DNA of 64,000 nucleotides from Chrysomallon squamiferum. Its lineage: Eukaryota; Animalia; Mollusca. Positions 42,601-55,800 of this stretch are shown here, piece after piece. The DNA lies in assembly GCA_012295275.1 (NCBI GenBank), contig CM022673.1, positions 26,412,001 to 26,476,000 of the forward strand, written 5' to 3'. A model generated the notes under the pieces. The model was not told the origin of the DNA. It worked only from the letters and a program-made list of their open reading frames with translations, and searched no databases. The first letter of the stretch is position 1; each line of letters begins with the position of its first letter. The translations under genes and the position numbers were made by a program.

Positions 42601-44300
42601 TAACTTAACTTAATTTATTTCATTGATTTTTTTTTTAATATCCATTTTTTAAATTCTTTAGTAACCAGATAATATTTTATCATTATATCTTTCTTTCACT
42701 GCTAAACATAGTATGTTTAAAAAATAACCAGCAGTTTTAAAGTATGTTAAATTTATTTTCAGTCTAAACGAGCATATAGATTTTGAGACGGTTATTAAAC
42801 GAAACCTTCATGAGCCCATGTGTGATTCTTCTAAAATCTCAGTATTGAATGGACTTGATCATCTTCCTGGAGTGGCTGGCAGAAATAAACTCAGCTATCA
42901 TCCCGAAAATGGATTGAAAGAGGTATTTAAGTTTACTAACATTACAAATTTTATTAATTTATATTTATATCTACATTCATTTATTAAATATCTGTTACGA
43001 TTTTGAATAAACAGCAGCAAGAATTTTAGTACCAGTGCCTTCCCATAAACACAAAAAATTAAAATAAATATTTTTAATATGCCCATCATGATGTACTGAG
43101 TGACATTTGTCCAGATAATTATTATTAGCAATTAACAGTTTTATTATTATTTTTTTATTTATTTATTTTTTTTCTCGTTTTCTCCAATTTATGATACATG
43201 TATTTTTAACAAGAATAATAATATTACTTTTTGGAAGCAATTTTTTCATTGTTGTTTCATTCTTTCTAAAAATGTGTTGAGTTTTTTTTTCTTTCTTTTC
43301 ATATTGGATATAATGGGTACTGTTCTATGTTATAGAAGTCAAAATCAGCTATGAACATTTTTAATTTTAGGTTTTGCAGAAACTTGGAGGAGAAGAAGAA
43401 CCAGTTGAAGTTGTTGGCACAAGAATTTTCTACGCATTACAGAAAGTTAGAGACAAGATTAATTTGTTTAATTTTTGAAATAATTTTGATTGTGCTGCAT
43501 ATTTATTTATGTTCAGCAAGGCAACTTAATTACTTCTTATATATATGGTATTATTCACATACGTTCAAAATAAATTAAATGTAGATGTCGTCCATTGATT
43601 TTCAGCTTAAAGCTTTGATTAAAAAGTTATTTATAAGAGTGAAAATTAATAACTAACAGATGAAGCAGTTTAATTTCATGTTTGTTTACATATTGCTTTT
43701 CATAGAGGCTTCCAATTTAAAAAAAAAAAATAGTTTTAATTAAAACTACATTTATGGTTGTTGTTGTTGGTTATGGTTGTTATTATTATTATTATCATTA
43801 TTTTTTTAATTAATATTATTATTAATATTTTTATTGTTATTCTTATTACTTGATGTTGGTTTTGTTATTATTATTATTATTATCATCATCATTATTATAA
43901 TCATTATTGTTGTTATTATTTGAATTATTATTGTTATTATTTGAATTATTATCATTATTATTATCATCATTGTTGTTATTACTATTATTATTATTATTAT
44001 TTTCATTATTATTATTATTTGAATTATTATCATTGTTTTTAATATTATTTGAATTATTATTATTGTTATTATTATTGTTATTATTATTATTTAAATTATT
44101 ATTATTATCATTATTTTTATATTGTTTTTAATATCTGAATTATTATCATTATTATTGTTATTATTATTATTATCATCATTATTGTTTTTAATATTATTAT
44201 TATCATTATTATTATGATTATTATTTTTATTATTATTATTGTTATTATTATTATTATTTGAATTATTATTATTTGAATTATTTTTTTATATTATTTTTAC

Positions 44301-44348
<48 letters not shown>

Positions 44349-44398
44349 TTTTTATTATTTTATTATTATTATTATTATTTTTATTATTATTATTATTA

Positions 44399-44444
<46 letters not shown>

Positions 44445-46506
44445 GTTATTGTTATTGTTATTGTTATTATTTACAGAATTCCACGTCGTGGGTGTTGACA
44501 AATCTGGCTGCTCTGTTCTGGCGAGTGGAAGGTGATGCAGAGAGAGCTTTGGACTGTTTGCGACTTTCTCTGACCTACGCACCAAGACACTTGAAGGTTT
44601 CAAATATTTTACCACATTACAGAAACCTCTAAGCCTTATTTTAATGTTAGACAAGCATCATTGAATCTTTTAACATAATGTGAAATTCTTTAAAAATCTT
44701 GTATTGAGAAAGATGAGATTTTTTAAATGTTTTTAATTTTTTTTTTTTTTTTTTTTTTAACAAAATTAGTCAGTATTTATAAAAAAAAATTAATACATAA
44801 TACTAAATATGCTATAATCATTGTTAAAGCTGTTTTGTTAAATTGTATTCTTTATATTAAAATCAGATAGATAATTTGTAAAAAATATTTGTATTTCATT
44901 ATGCAAGATTTTGGGGTTTTTTTTTTTATTTATTTATTTACTTTTCTTTACTTTACTTTAGGTTACTTTACTTAGTTTACTTTTTTTTACTTTAGTTTAC
45001 TTTACTTTTACTTTACTTTACTTTTACTTTACTTTTACTTTACTACTTTACTTTTACTGCTTTGCTTTGATTTAATTTAATTTACTTTTCTGTTCTTTAG
45101 TTTACTTTAGTTTGGTTGCTTTTTTTTAAATTTATTTTCAATCATTATATAATATTATTATTTTATTTTCATTTTTTTCTCTGTATTCGAGCTATTTTGT
45201 TTCAGGTTTTTTTGCTATGTTTTGAATGAAGTGTTTAATAAATAAATATATTTACAGGACACCTCTCTGATTAGCATGGCTAACATTTTGTATCGAGCTG
45301 GACATCTGGACGAAGGAATCATTGTTAGTCACATGGCCCTGGAGTCATCAAATAAACTGCCCGTCTCGCATTTTACTATTGCTAACATATATGCAGCCAA
45401 GGTAAGATAGATTTTAACTGTTACTTTATCGTTTTACTATCACTAAAATACATACATAGTGAAGATAAAATAGATTTTAACTGTTACTTTATCATTTTAC
45501 TATCACTAAAATACATACATAGTGAAGATAAAATAGATTTAATCTGTTACTTTATCATTTACTATTACTAATATATTTGAAGCAAAGATAAAATAGATTT
45601 AATCTGTTACTTTATCATTTACTATTACTAATATATTTGAAGCAAAGATAAAATAGATTTAAACTGTTGCTTTATCATTTACTATTACTAATATATTTGA
45701 AGCAAAGATAAAATAGATTTAATCTGTTACTTTATCATTTACTATTACTAATATATTTGTAGCAAAGATAAAATAGATTTAAACTGTTGCTTTATCATTT
45801 TACTATTGCTAATATATTTGTTCAATGATAAAGTAGATTTAAACAGTTGCTTTATCATTTACTATTACTAATATATTTGAAGCAAAGATAAAATAGATTT
45901 AAACAGTTGCTTTATCATTTACTATTGCTAATATATTTGTAGCAAAGATAAAGTAGATTTAAACTGTTGCTTTATCATTTTACTATTACTAATATATTTG
46001 TAGCAAAGATAAAGTAGATTTAAACTGTTGCTTTATCATTTTACTATTGCTAATATATTTGTAGCAAAGATAAAGTAGATTTAAACTGTTGCTTTATCAT
46101 TTACTATTGCTAATATATTTGTAGCAAAGATAAAGTAGATTTAAACTGTTGCTTTATCATTTTACTATTGCTAATATATTTGTAGCAAAGATAAAGTAGA
46201 TTTAAACTGTTACTTTATCATTTTACTATTACTAAAATGTATATATATATATATTTTTTTTTTTAAATGTTACTGTTTTTATTATTTATGATAATAATAT
46301 GATATTACGCTTCTGAAGATAATTTTATTCGTGTAATAGAATTTAACAAAAAGGCTTATTTTTTCTTTTTCCCCCAGGGTGATTGGTCCAAAGCAGTTAT
46401 GTTTTATGAATCAACACTTGGACTTCAGCAACATTTCAAGCCAGCAAAAGACAGACTGACAGCCATTTTATGCCAGAAACACCAAGCAGACAAAAATAAT
46501 CCTTGA
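18954..46506 (+). CDS. TTC17: Tetratricopeptide repeat protein 17, ~1300 aa; exons 18954-19067, 20476-20620, 21697-21811, 22088-22199, 22452-22571 (disrupted), 22925-23035 (+1 insertion), 23307-23454, 23887-24026, 24373-24539, 25166-25296, 25740-25847, 26456-26580, 27177-27369, 27650-27727, 28201-28425, 28861-29127, 29589-29730, 30144-30218, 31373-31435, 31982-32079, 32813-32914, 35406-35576, 41598-41799, 42348-42474, 42763-42922, 43371-43445, 44477-44596, 45258-45401, 46378-46506
   Basis: Signal-peptide-like start followed by STHWIVTENGRVQSQ, NEDRDTGLEQR, SWVLYNMATFYWRIKGEPYQ, KDIALISLANILHRA, HFTLGNIYA, LEAQHKSLQRTL, SPENKG, TEEEIG, DVPLVNLAN, STWLSVSAK, LDHLPGV, SWVLTNLAALFWRVEG and FYESTLGLQ, all recognisable TTC17 motifs. 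Phases are consistent; stop TGA at 46504-46506. Exons between 29589 and 35576 rest mainly on splice signals and open frame. Confidence 0.92.
29134..29390 (+). repeat. Degenerate ~54-bp tandem repeat directly after the TTC17 exon 16 donor
   Basis: ttaaatc(t/a)ttgcttgttggaaaaat...tattttcttatagt(t/a)tgaagtattt at 29134 and 29188, followed by decayed copies. Confidence 0.75.
39611..39676. repeat. (TA)n microsatellite
   Basis: Perfect dinucleotide run. Confidence 0.95.
41945..42195 (+). repeat. Degenerate tandem repeat with core tttctgttagac
   Basis: The core recurs near 41947 (variant), 41971, 42011, 42103 and 42183. Confidence 0.6.
43755..44470. repeat. Long imperfect (TTA/TTG/TCA)n trinucleotide tract
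   Basis: ~700 bp of ATT-type repeats ending at the acceptor of TTC17 exon 27; it produces the spurious poly-L/I/Y/N ORFs. Confidence 0.95.
44937..45115. repeat. Imperfect (TTTAC)n pentanucleotide repeat
   Basis: Runs of tttac/ttttac/tttag. Confidence 0.85.
45369..46238 (+). repeat. 60-63 bp minisatellite derived from the TTC17 exon 28/intron junction (real junction plus 13 copies and a partial copy)
   Basis: The unit is the last ~33 nt of exon 28 plus the first ~28 nt of the intron; the marker tagattt recurs 14 times from 45408 to ~46197. Confidence 0.95.
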
Positions 46507-47361
46507 TGTCAACAGTTACTTTGTTTTTAAATATACTCAGATATATACACAAACAGCTAAAACTAATATTTTTATATTGCATATTTTCTAATTTGTGATT
46601 TTTTTCCTTGACTGCGTAATATTATAAATTTTGAATTTATAATTAATTTTAATAAACTTTTGTGTTTATGTGTAACATTGAAATTAAAAACTAATTAATA
46701 ATATTTGATAAAATTATTATAATCATCAATTTTTTAAATTAATTATTTATTTATTTATGATTATTATTATTATTTTATATATATATATGTTTCATTTGCA
46801 TACTGAAATTTAAATTGCATTAAAATTTTTGTCAGCCTTTGTTTAATCAGAGTTTTGAAGATTTCAAATCATTTTACAGTAGATTAGTTTCATGTGCATT
46901 CTTTTTTTCAAATTTATTTAATTTTATAATAAAAATTAATAATAACAATATTTCTTCTCATTATTTTTATACTTTTTATATAGTGAACCATTTTTTATTT
47001 TATTTAGATTTAACATTCCTTAATTATTTGCTTTATACAAAAAAAAAAAAAAAATATTTCTTAATTTGTATTAACATGAGTGTGTTATTTGGGTGTTTTT
47101 GTTTTCAACTAAAAATGAAAAATAAATATGTATTTTAAAAACAAAATAGTTATTTTCTTTTTGTTAAAAGAATAACATTAATTCAAAAAAAAAAACTTTG
47201 AGTATAGATTATTGTAATATTTGCCTAAAGGCTTCCAAAAGAATCATCTTGCAATGTGTTATGTCTAAATCGTAGACTGTAACCATTAAACTGTTGTCCA
47301 GTCCATACAACAGTGGATTTTCTCTTTCATATAAATACACGATTTGATTTTCTTCTTTTTC

Positions 47362-47399
<38 letters not shown>

Positions 47400-47859
47400 C
47401 TTATTTATTTATTTATTTTTATTTATTTATTTATAATTTTTTTTATTATTATTATTTAATTTTTACTTTAATTTTTCCACTTTTTGATTTTAAACAAAAC
47501 AGCACAACTTTAAAAAAATATATAATAATAATAATTAATAAACAAATAATAAATAAATATCCACACAGGATGACAAGAATAAAAACAAAAACGAAAACAA
47601 ACATCATTAAAACTTTCTCCAATGTTTGTTAAGGGCAAAATCAGAGAGAGAAGCTTAATTTTATAATTGATTTTTGTCCACAAATGCCAGATTATCTTTT
47701 AAACAGCAAAATACTTAATTATAAAATGACACTAATAAATCCCACTTACACAGACGATGATTAAAATCTTTTTTTTTTTTTTTTTTTTTTTCCGAGAGAG
47801 AGAAAAACAAACAAAAAAAAAACAAACGAATCACAGTAATTACTATTAAATAGCTTTTT

Positions 47860-48255
47860 GCTGGCACATTCTATCTTGCCTTGCGTATTTCGAGCCATCA
47901 ATCATTAGTGTCAAACCATCCGATCCTCGTGCCAACCTCCTCCTGCCTGCTAATAAGGTGAAAATAATTAAAATCGCCAGCATTGCTGTAAACGCTTGGT
48001 AGAAGACAAATGCTGTCGGGCTAGGTCAGTCCCGAAACTGTTGACACCGAGCTATACGTCAGGAATATGTCGATGTCAGAAAGCTGTCATTTGATATTGA
48101 AAGAATTTTGTGGTTTGTTAGGCTAGCAGTCAGATAGTTCTTTCTCTCTCTATTGTGTTTCGGTCACGTGACCGATGTCAAACAAAAATGCGAAAATAAT
48201 CATAAATAAATATTTTAATGCCTCACCGGTGACGCTAATAGGAAAATGACATTTT
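47860..48255. promoter_or_regulatory. Candidate enhancer between the convergent 3' ends of TTC17 and sFRP
   Basis: GC-richer island with TGATTGATGG (minus strand, 47895-47904), adjacent TGTCA (47909), further TGACA/TGTCA sites and the 16-bp palindrome TCGGTCACGTGACCGA (48160-48175). Confidence 0.35.
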
Positions 48256-49065
48256 ATTTTATTTCTTTCTTCTTTCTTCTTTTCGTTTCAACTTTTTTTT
48301 TTTTTTTTTTTTTTTGTCCTTTTTTTTTTTTTTAGTTTGTCTCCATTTCCAGCTCATAAGATAAAAAAAAGAAAAAATCGTGATTTAATTAACTAATAAG
48401 GAAACAAAAGAAGAAGCGTGAACTAGTTCCAGATAAAAAAAGAAAAATAATAATAATAATCAAAAAGAAAAAAAGAAAAAGAAATATATCTTTCGCGTCA
48501 GCACTGTTTTAAAGTTAACGATTATCACGTGTCTAATTTTAATTTATTTATTTTATTTTATTTTTTGTTTATTTAATTATTTTTATTATTAATTTATATT
48601 CTTTAAGGATTTTCAGGGAAAAAAAAGCTATAAGATTCAATGATTTTGTTTTATATAAGACTGATACCATTCCTGAATCTAGTTCTGTAAGTACCGAATT
48701 ATAACCCGCTTCCGAAAAAAACTACGTCAATAATTGATGCTTGGGGTAAAAGAATTATATATGACAACATAGCTAAGAGTTTAGATACCAAATATTTTAA
48801 AAATTAATATTTTTGTTTTATTTTATTTTATTTTGTTGTATTGTTTTGTTTGTTTGTTTTATTGATTGATTGATCGATTTATTTTTGAAGCAGTATTTTG
48901 GACAAGTACCTCTTTATCTGGCCTCATATAAGCACACCATATTACAGAGAAATGTAATTTTGCATTAATATAGCATTCAGCGATGTTAAAAAAAAAAAAA
49001 TAATAAAATAATTAATTAATAATGTCTTTATGATTGGTATGTCTTCAGATTGTATGTCCTGTGAT

Positions 49066-49073
<8 letters not shown>

Positions 49074-49117
<44 letters not shown>
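49074..49117. repeat. (GT)n microsatellite
   Basis: Perfect dinucleotide run. Confidence 0.95.
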
Positions 49118-49122
<5 letters not shown>

Positions 49123-49941
49123 GATTATAACAAAAGAATACTGACAGCTTTTATATGAAAAAAAAAAAGAATAATACTTATAACTGAATTGCATTAACAG
49201 CTGATAATTAAAACCACAAAAAGAAAACAAATTAAAATTTCATAATTAATTTAAAATAAACATAAATAGGAATTAATCAACCCGAAAAACATAAATAAAT
49301 AAATAAAAAAGTTACAAAATTTCTACTGATTTTTTTTTTTTTTTTATTAGCAAGTATTAGTAACAATTCGGACAAAACGTGGTGAAGGACAAAACAATTC
49401 TTATTTAATGACATTGTTAGAAAGTAATTCGTTTATACATACATACACACACATACATATATACATATATTTTAAACTTTATTATACCAACTAAAATGTG
49501 CTAAATTCTGCTACTTATTTTCATAACAAACTTTTACATCTACGAAGAAAATCGCTACACAGAGAAAAACTAGAGCAAGGCTTTTATTTTCAGAAACATT
49601 TTCACGTCACAAATATACTTCTATTTAAATCTATTTTGCTTTATCTTAAATAAATTAAAATAATATAAATACTCAAATAAAATAATAAAATAAAACAACA
49701 TTATTGGTAAAACATAAACACTTGATTATATTACTGTAATATATCCGTAAAGTATATTCAACTTTTAGAAATATTAAATGGCCATTTGGTAAACAAAACC
49801 AAAAAAAAAAAGTAAAATGGATTCAGTTACATTACATCGGCGAGTTTATATATGTATACATATTTTTTTTTAATAAACCTTGAAGTTACTTAGCATGATA
49901 CATAATGATGTAATATGTAATATAATACACATTTACATTAA

Positions 49942-49979
<38 letters not shown>

Positions 49980-51194
49980 CATGCAGAGCTATTTTGAAAC
50001 ATGGCGAAGTGAAACCAATGCGTCACAACAAAAACTAAATCTAGGATTGTCACAGCTTTTAACGCATATTTTGGTTATCACGTACATAACTAATTATTTT
50101 ATTTAACACAACGTATGCACGCTTTGTTTCGTGCGTCAACGTGATATTTTGACATCGACGTGGAGGGTATGAGACACTACCCAGGGAACTGCAGAGTCTT
50201 CAGATCCCCAAGGCAACCCTCCAGGACCGCCCTGTTTTTGGCATTATAAACGACCTACGACTGAATTACGCATATGTATTTCATAAACATTTATCGTAAT
50301 CGTGCAATAACGACATATCTGTTACATATTTTGAATTATGTGGAATATTTGATGATATTTTTCTCATATATATATGTTAATTACTTTGGATGAGTTTATT
50401 GTTTAATGATTATTCTTTATATTCACCGGATTATGATGTTTTAAAGCCAGTGAGACTGTAATTATTTTGGATATGAATTTTAAATTATTTTTTCCGTTCA
50501 TTATTTGTCTTTTAAAAAAAAATCAGAAGTTTCTAAAACCGTTAAATCTGCATCTAAGTTAGACACGTTATTATCGTAATAAATAATTTACACATCAGTT
50601 AAAATAAGAAAACATTTTTATACTAAAACACGTCCTTTTCAAAAGTGTTATTTGAAAAGTTCTTAACACTTAATGTCTCCAGCATTTCCTAAAACGTATT
50701 ATTTGAATTTTTTCTTTATTACGATTTTAATAGGATCAAAAACCGTCTTTAAAAGCTCCCTTTTTAACTTCATATATATGTGTGTGTGTTTTTTTGTTGT
50801 TTTTTTGAATGATTAATATTACTAACGATCTTAATGTTGATTTTTTTAAAATTATTTTTTCTTTCTTAATGTACTAAAGATGATAAATATTATTTAGCTT
50901 AAACAGTATAAAGTATAATAGGTCAATATCATCCTTTCATAATTTGATCATTTTTATCAATAGATCAGTACCTATCCCTATATATGATGTCTAAATACTT
51001 TACTCAAAGAAAAGAAAAGACAGGAATTTTTTTTTTCCACTTCTTAGTAAACAAGGAAAGAATCTAGCTAGATGTTTTCACATGATTAACGTCTTCTCAA
51101 ATAAAATTATAATAAAAATCATTTTTATTTTATTGAAAAATCTTGCCTTTGATTCTTTCAGACATTTTAAAAGCTGAAAAAATTATAATGAAAG

Positions 51195-51302
<108 letters not shown>

Positions 51303-51735
51303 TGGCGAGAGAAAGAAAAGGAATGAGAGAAAGGGAGAGATTACGCTTAGCGCATCTAAAAAGTTTGCACATGCACAAATTTACAAAAACACGAATAGTC
51401 TTTCTTTAAGCCACAGGATTTCATCCTGCATACAATTCAAACCGAAGAGAGTGCGCTTAAATCTTCGTCGTGAATAACTTACACATTCAACATGACATTA
51501 TCACAATCACAGTTGTTACAAGCAAACTTCATTATACACAAAAAAACAAGTTGGTTCTTTTTCGCCCACCTGTCTTAGCAAAATACATTCTTCTGTCTGT
51601 CGTAGTTATCAACATTCGAGTAAACTGAATTTTACGCATCTATGAATTAACTGTTTTTCGTTTTTTAAGTAATTACGGTAAATAAACAATATAATTATTT
51701 TTTACTACTCGGTCGATCTCACGTAGTTTTAAACC

Positions 51736-52739
51736 TTAAGCGTTCGGATTTGACTTTTCGGTTATTCTCTTCTTCTTTCTCCTGTTTATTCTGTTCGTGC
51801 CTTTCCCCTTATCGTCGCCTTTGCCGCCTTTTTTCATCTTCTTCTCTTTGTTTTTCTTTTTCTTATTCCTTTTGTTCTTCTTCTTCCGTTTCTTTCGGCC
51901 CTTCTTCCCTCTCTGTCGCTTTTCGGGTTTTTCCGGCCGTTCGGGCCTGTCCGCCACTCCTTCGGAAATTTTATGAAAAATATCCTTGCATAAATCTTCC
52001 TTTTTCATTTTGATTGCTTTCAGGGATAATCGGAACGGGGTTAGCTTCTTCTGCCACGGAATAATGAACGACAGCATGAAGTTGTGGTCTTTTTTGTTGC
52101 CCATGATCAAGAACTTTGACTTGGTGTTGTTGGCGATGTCACACTGGCAGTGGGCACCGTTTTCTATCAGAGGGTTCAGCAACTTTCGGTCCTTTTTGGC
52201 AACGCCCCTCTTTTTGTAAAACTTCTTTTTCTTCTTGAGGATTAATGCTGTGTGGCCTAGGTGTGGTCGGAGTTCTTCAATCTTGCCGCGAATAACTGGG
52301 GGAAAAGAAAAAAATATATATATTTATATAATAATAATAACATAATAATTATTAGCTTTGCAAAATGCTGCAGTGTTGCTTTGAAAAAAAAAAAAAAAAA
52401 AAAAAAGAAGGAAAAGGTAGCTTTTGTGGTAGACAATCTGCATGGCCATTGATGGTTTTCGTTGTGAATACTTCTAGGGTAGTCAACCGGAACGGTGCAT
52501 TTCCACTGGTGCAGAAAAAATTAATTATAATGTGGATAATCCAGACTTTACGTGCTTTGGTTTAGTAACTTTCAATATCATCTTTATGCTCTGAATCATG
52601 GACCTTTAGTATCTGGCAGTTTTGCATTCCGCTCGTAATGTACGGATTTGCACACTCTCTAAATCTTTCACGTTTAATTACTTTTATTGCTTATTCAGTT
52701 TCACAGTCAAGTTTCGTCTTTTCTGTTTCACATTTAACT

Positions 52740-52819
<80 letters not shown>

Positions 52820-55800
52820 CCACCTTTTTCTCTCACGTTTTTTTAATAAAAATGTTTTTATTTTTTATTGGTATCATTACAGACAAATATATAAAAAAAT
52901 ATTAATATTGTCTTTAAAGAGTATATCTTACCAAAGTCGGCTTGGCAAAAATTATCAATAATCGCTTCGTACGTGACTGGATGCTTGCATGCCGTACAGT
53001 TGTTGTCAGCTGAAAATACAAGACATTGTTACAAACCCTGGAAGAACTGGAATGAAAGAAAATATTTTCAGCTTCTCAGCATCTGACATCATCATGCTTC
53101 ATGTCTGCTCAACTATACAGACATGCTCTTGCTGTTAAAATATATTTTTGGGGGGTGTTTCAGTAAAAAAATAAAAATTATATGTCTTCCTGATTAACTG
53201 TCGTTAATTTATTAAAGTATGAACGATTTATGAAGAAATAAAGAAAAATAAATAAATAAATTTTCATCATGTATTTTTCTAATTGTATTATTATCATTTT
53301 AAATTTATTCTTATTTATTTTTATTCTTCAAGGCGTTAAATCTCTTCTTCAACTTTCTTCATGTCGATGAATTAATAAATAATACACACTAATAACAGAC
53401 ACATACACACACACATACTTTCACGCACACCTTTCATGCACACAAATGGAATTTTCTTTTTTCATTTATTGTACATTATTGTACATTTTAAAATTTCTAA
53501 TTAAATAATACTTTATATTATTACCATATATATCGGAATATTTAATAATTCAAAATGTTCTAAAAAAAATAAAAAAAAAAATATATATATATATATTTAA
53601 AAAATCGTGCACAATATAAAGATGACACGCAGAAATATTACAAAATTTGATTTCAGCTTCAGTGAAGACAATTAGAAACAAGATTATTTACATTTCATGC
53701 AAACATTAGAAACAACATACACACAGAACATTCTGATAACAAACAGTTAAATTAGAAAACTTTAAAACATTATTATTAAAATCCAACAACACCAGAAACT
53801 GTTTAAAAATATTAAAAGACAAAAAAGAACAACAACACCAAAACTTGTTAATATTAGATTGTGAAGTTCATGTGTTTTGAACACAATTTCGTGTTATTGA
53901 AAGAAAGAAAATATTAAATACAGAAAACAAAGATTGTGTACAACGACTTCAAACTGCAAGTTTTCTACACACAACAAAATAACCACATCAGTGTAAGTAT
54001 GTTCTGCATTTAGAAAAATTTAATTCTTTAATTTCATTTCGAGCAAAATACCAAATTATCTGTTGACTAAAAGTTTAAAGCTAATAATCAGAAATAATCA
54101 GTTCTGGGACATCTATGTTATTTATTTGCATAGGGGAATCTTTTTATGCATTTTTTAAAAAAAATTTTTTTTTTATTATTATTTTTTTTTTTTTTCCTTT
54201 GAATAAGAAAGTATGTATTGTTATCTTTATAACCCAGACGCAGGAACAGAAAATAGCACAATGAAAATAATTTTTCTTACAACCTATTCATGCCAAAGGC
54301 CTGCGTTTTAATTAATGAGTGACAACCACCTAAGGCCAGTGTTTTAATTAGTGACTTACAACCACCTTTCCCATCTCCTGTATTATTCTAAATGCAGAAA
54401 CCATACTGTTTAAAAAAAACTTGTGGTTTAACATGGTTTTTCGAGTTAATATTTAGAAAAGTTCGGTCTTGCAACAACACAATGGATCTAAATGCAGAAA
54501 CTAAGTGCTATAACAACATCAACAAAAACCGTATTACAACAAAGAAGGTCGCTAACTCACAAATCAACAACAACAACAAGACTAAGATGTGTTTAATATA
54601 GACTCTGTTACTTTCACTAAAATACAAATGTTCTGTTCTCTACGATATATCAGTTAAATATAAATAATAAAAAATGATATAAAAATTTAAAAAAAACCTG
54701 ATCTTCTTGTTGGTTGGGAGATGAAACAGATGTTGAAAGAACAAGATAAATCCGTTAATTAATTCATTATCAAGCCATTTAATAATAGATTTTCCACTGA
54801 TTTGAATTTATTGTCAGAAACAGAGTGTATACCATCCAATCAGATCGACAGACTTTCCACAACAGTTTCATTTTTTTTTTTTTTATATCCGTTTAAAAAT
54901 TTCCACACCCAATTTAATACTTCACAATATTAAATATAACATCAATTTAGAATGACTTTAGTTTACGTAAATTTCTTTACAACATGAAATAGTTGTAATA
55001 AATTAATCTTTCGAAAAATTTAAGACCTAATTTTTTATTATTTTTTTTATTATATATATATATATATTTATTTATTTTTTTTTTTTTTTTTTTTTTTTGA
55101 CTAAAGATGTTTCTGCTATTCAGTTATTAAAATATTTCTGCATGCTGTGTGGAAAGTTTGTCGAAGAACGCTTCCAGAAGTTACCTATAAAGTCATCAGA
55201 GGAATTGTCGGCGATACTATTAGCTCCATCTACACACGCTGAAATGATAAAAACACTGAACAGCTACCAACAAGTCAAATAACAGTTTTAAAAATCACAG
55301 ACAGCTGAATACCTTACCTGAAATCTGCCGTCAAAAAAAATGCCCATTCTGAGAAATATTTCACAACAATAAAATAAAAAACGGTGATAATCTAGCATGT
55401 GCAGTGTATAATTCAACCATTTAAAAAGTTAAAAAGAATAAAGAAAAAAAGAAGAAAATAATAATAACAATAATAAGGATTCTATACAGTATATGATTAT
55501 GCAATTCATATTTGTGAAAGGAACAACTGAATGTGTATTCAAACTGACATGATATCCAGCTGGGAGTCTTTAGTATGCTGAAATAAAAATGTGTTTTTAA
55601 AAAAAGTAAAAAAGTATTCTTTTGTTTTTAATGTACTTCGTTTCTTTGGCATGATCTTTTTCCGTCTAGAACCAAGAGTAATAACGAACGCAGAAATGAA
55701 AGCGTTACATCAAGAAGAAAAAAAATGGAAGAACCCGAAGCGGGGAAAAAAAAAAACGTACTCTACAAATAATAGAAAATGTTAAAACGACAAAACACCT

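Noticed and set aside
43806-44654. Poly-Leu/Ile/Tyr/Asn ORFs
   Set aside because: They are translations of the (TTA)n tract; only 44477-44596 is a real exon.
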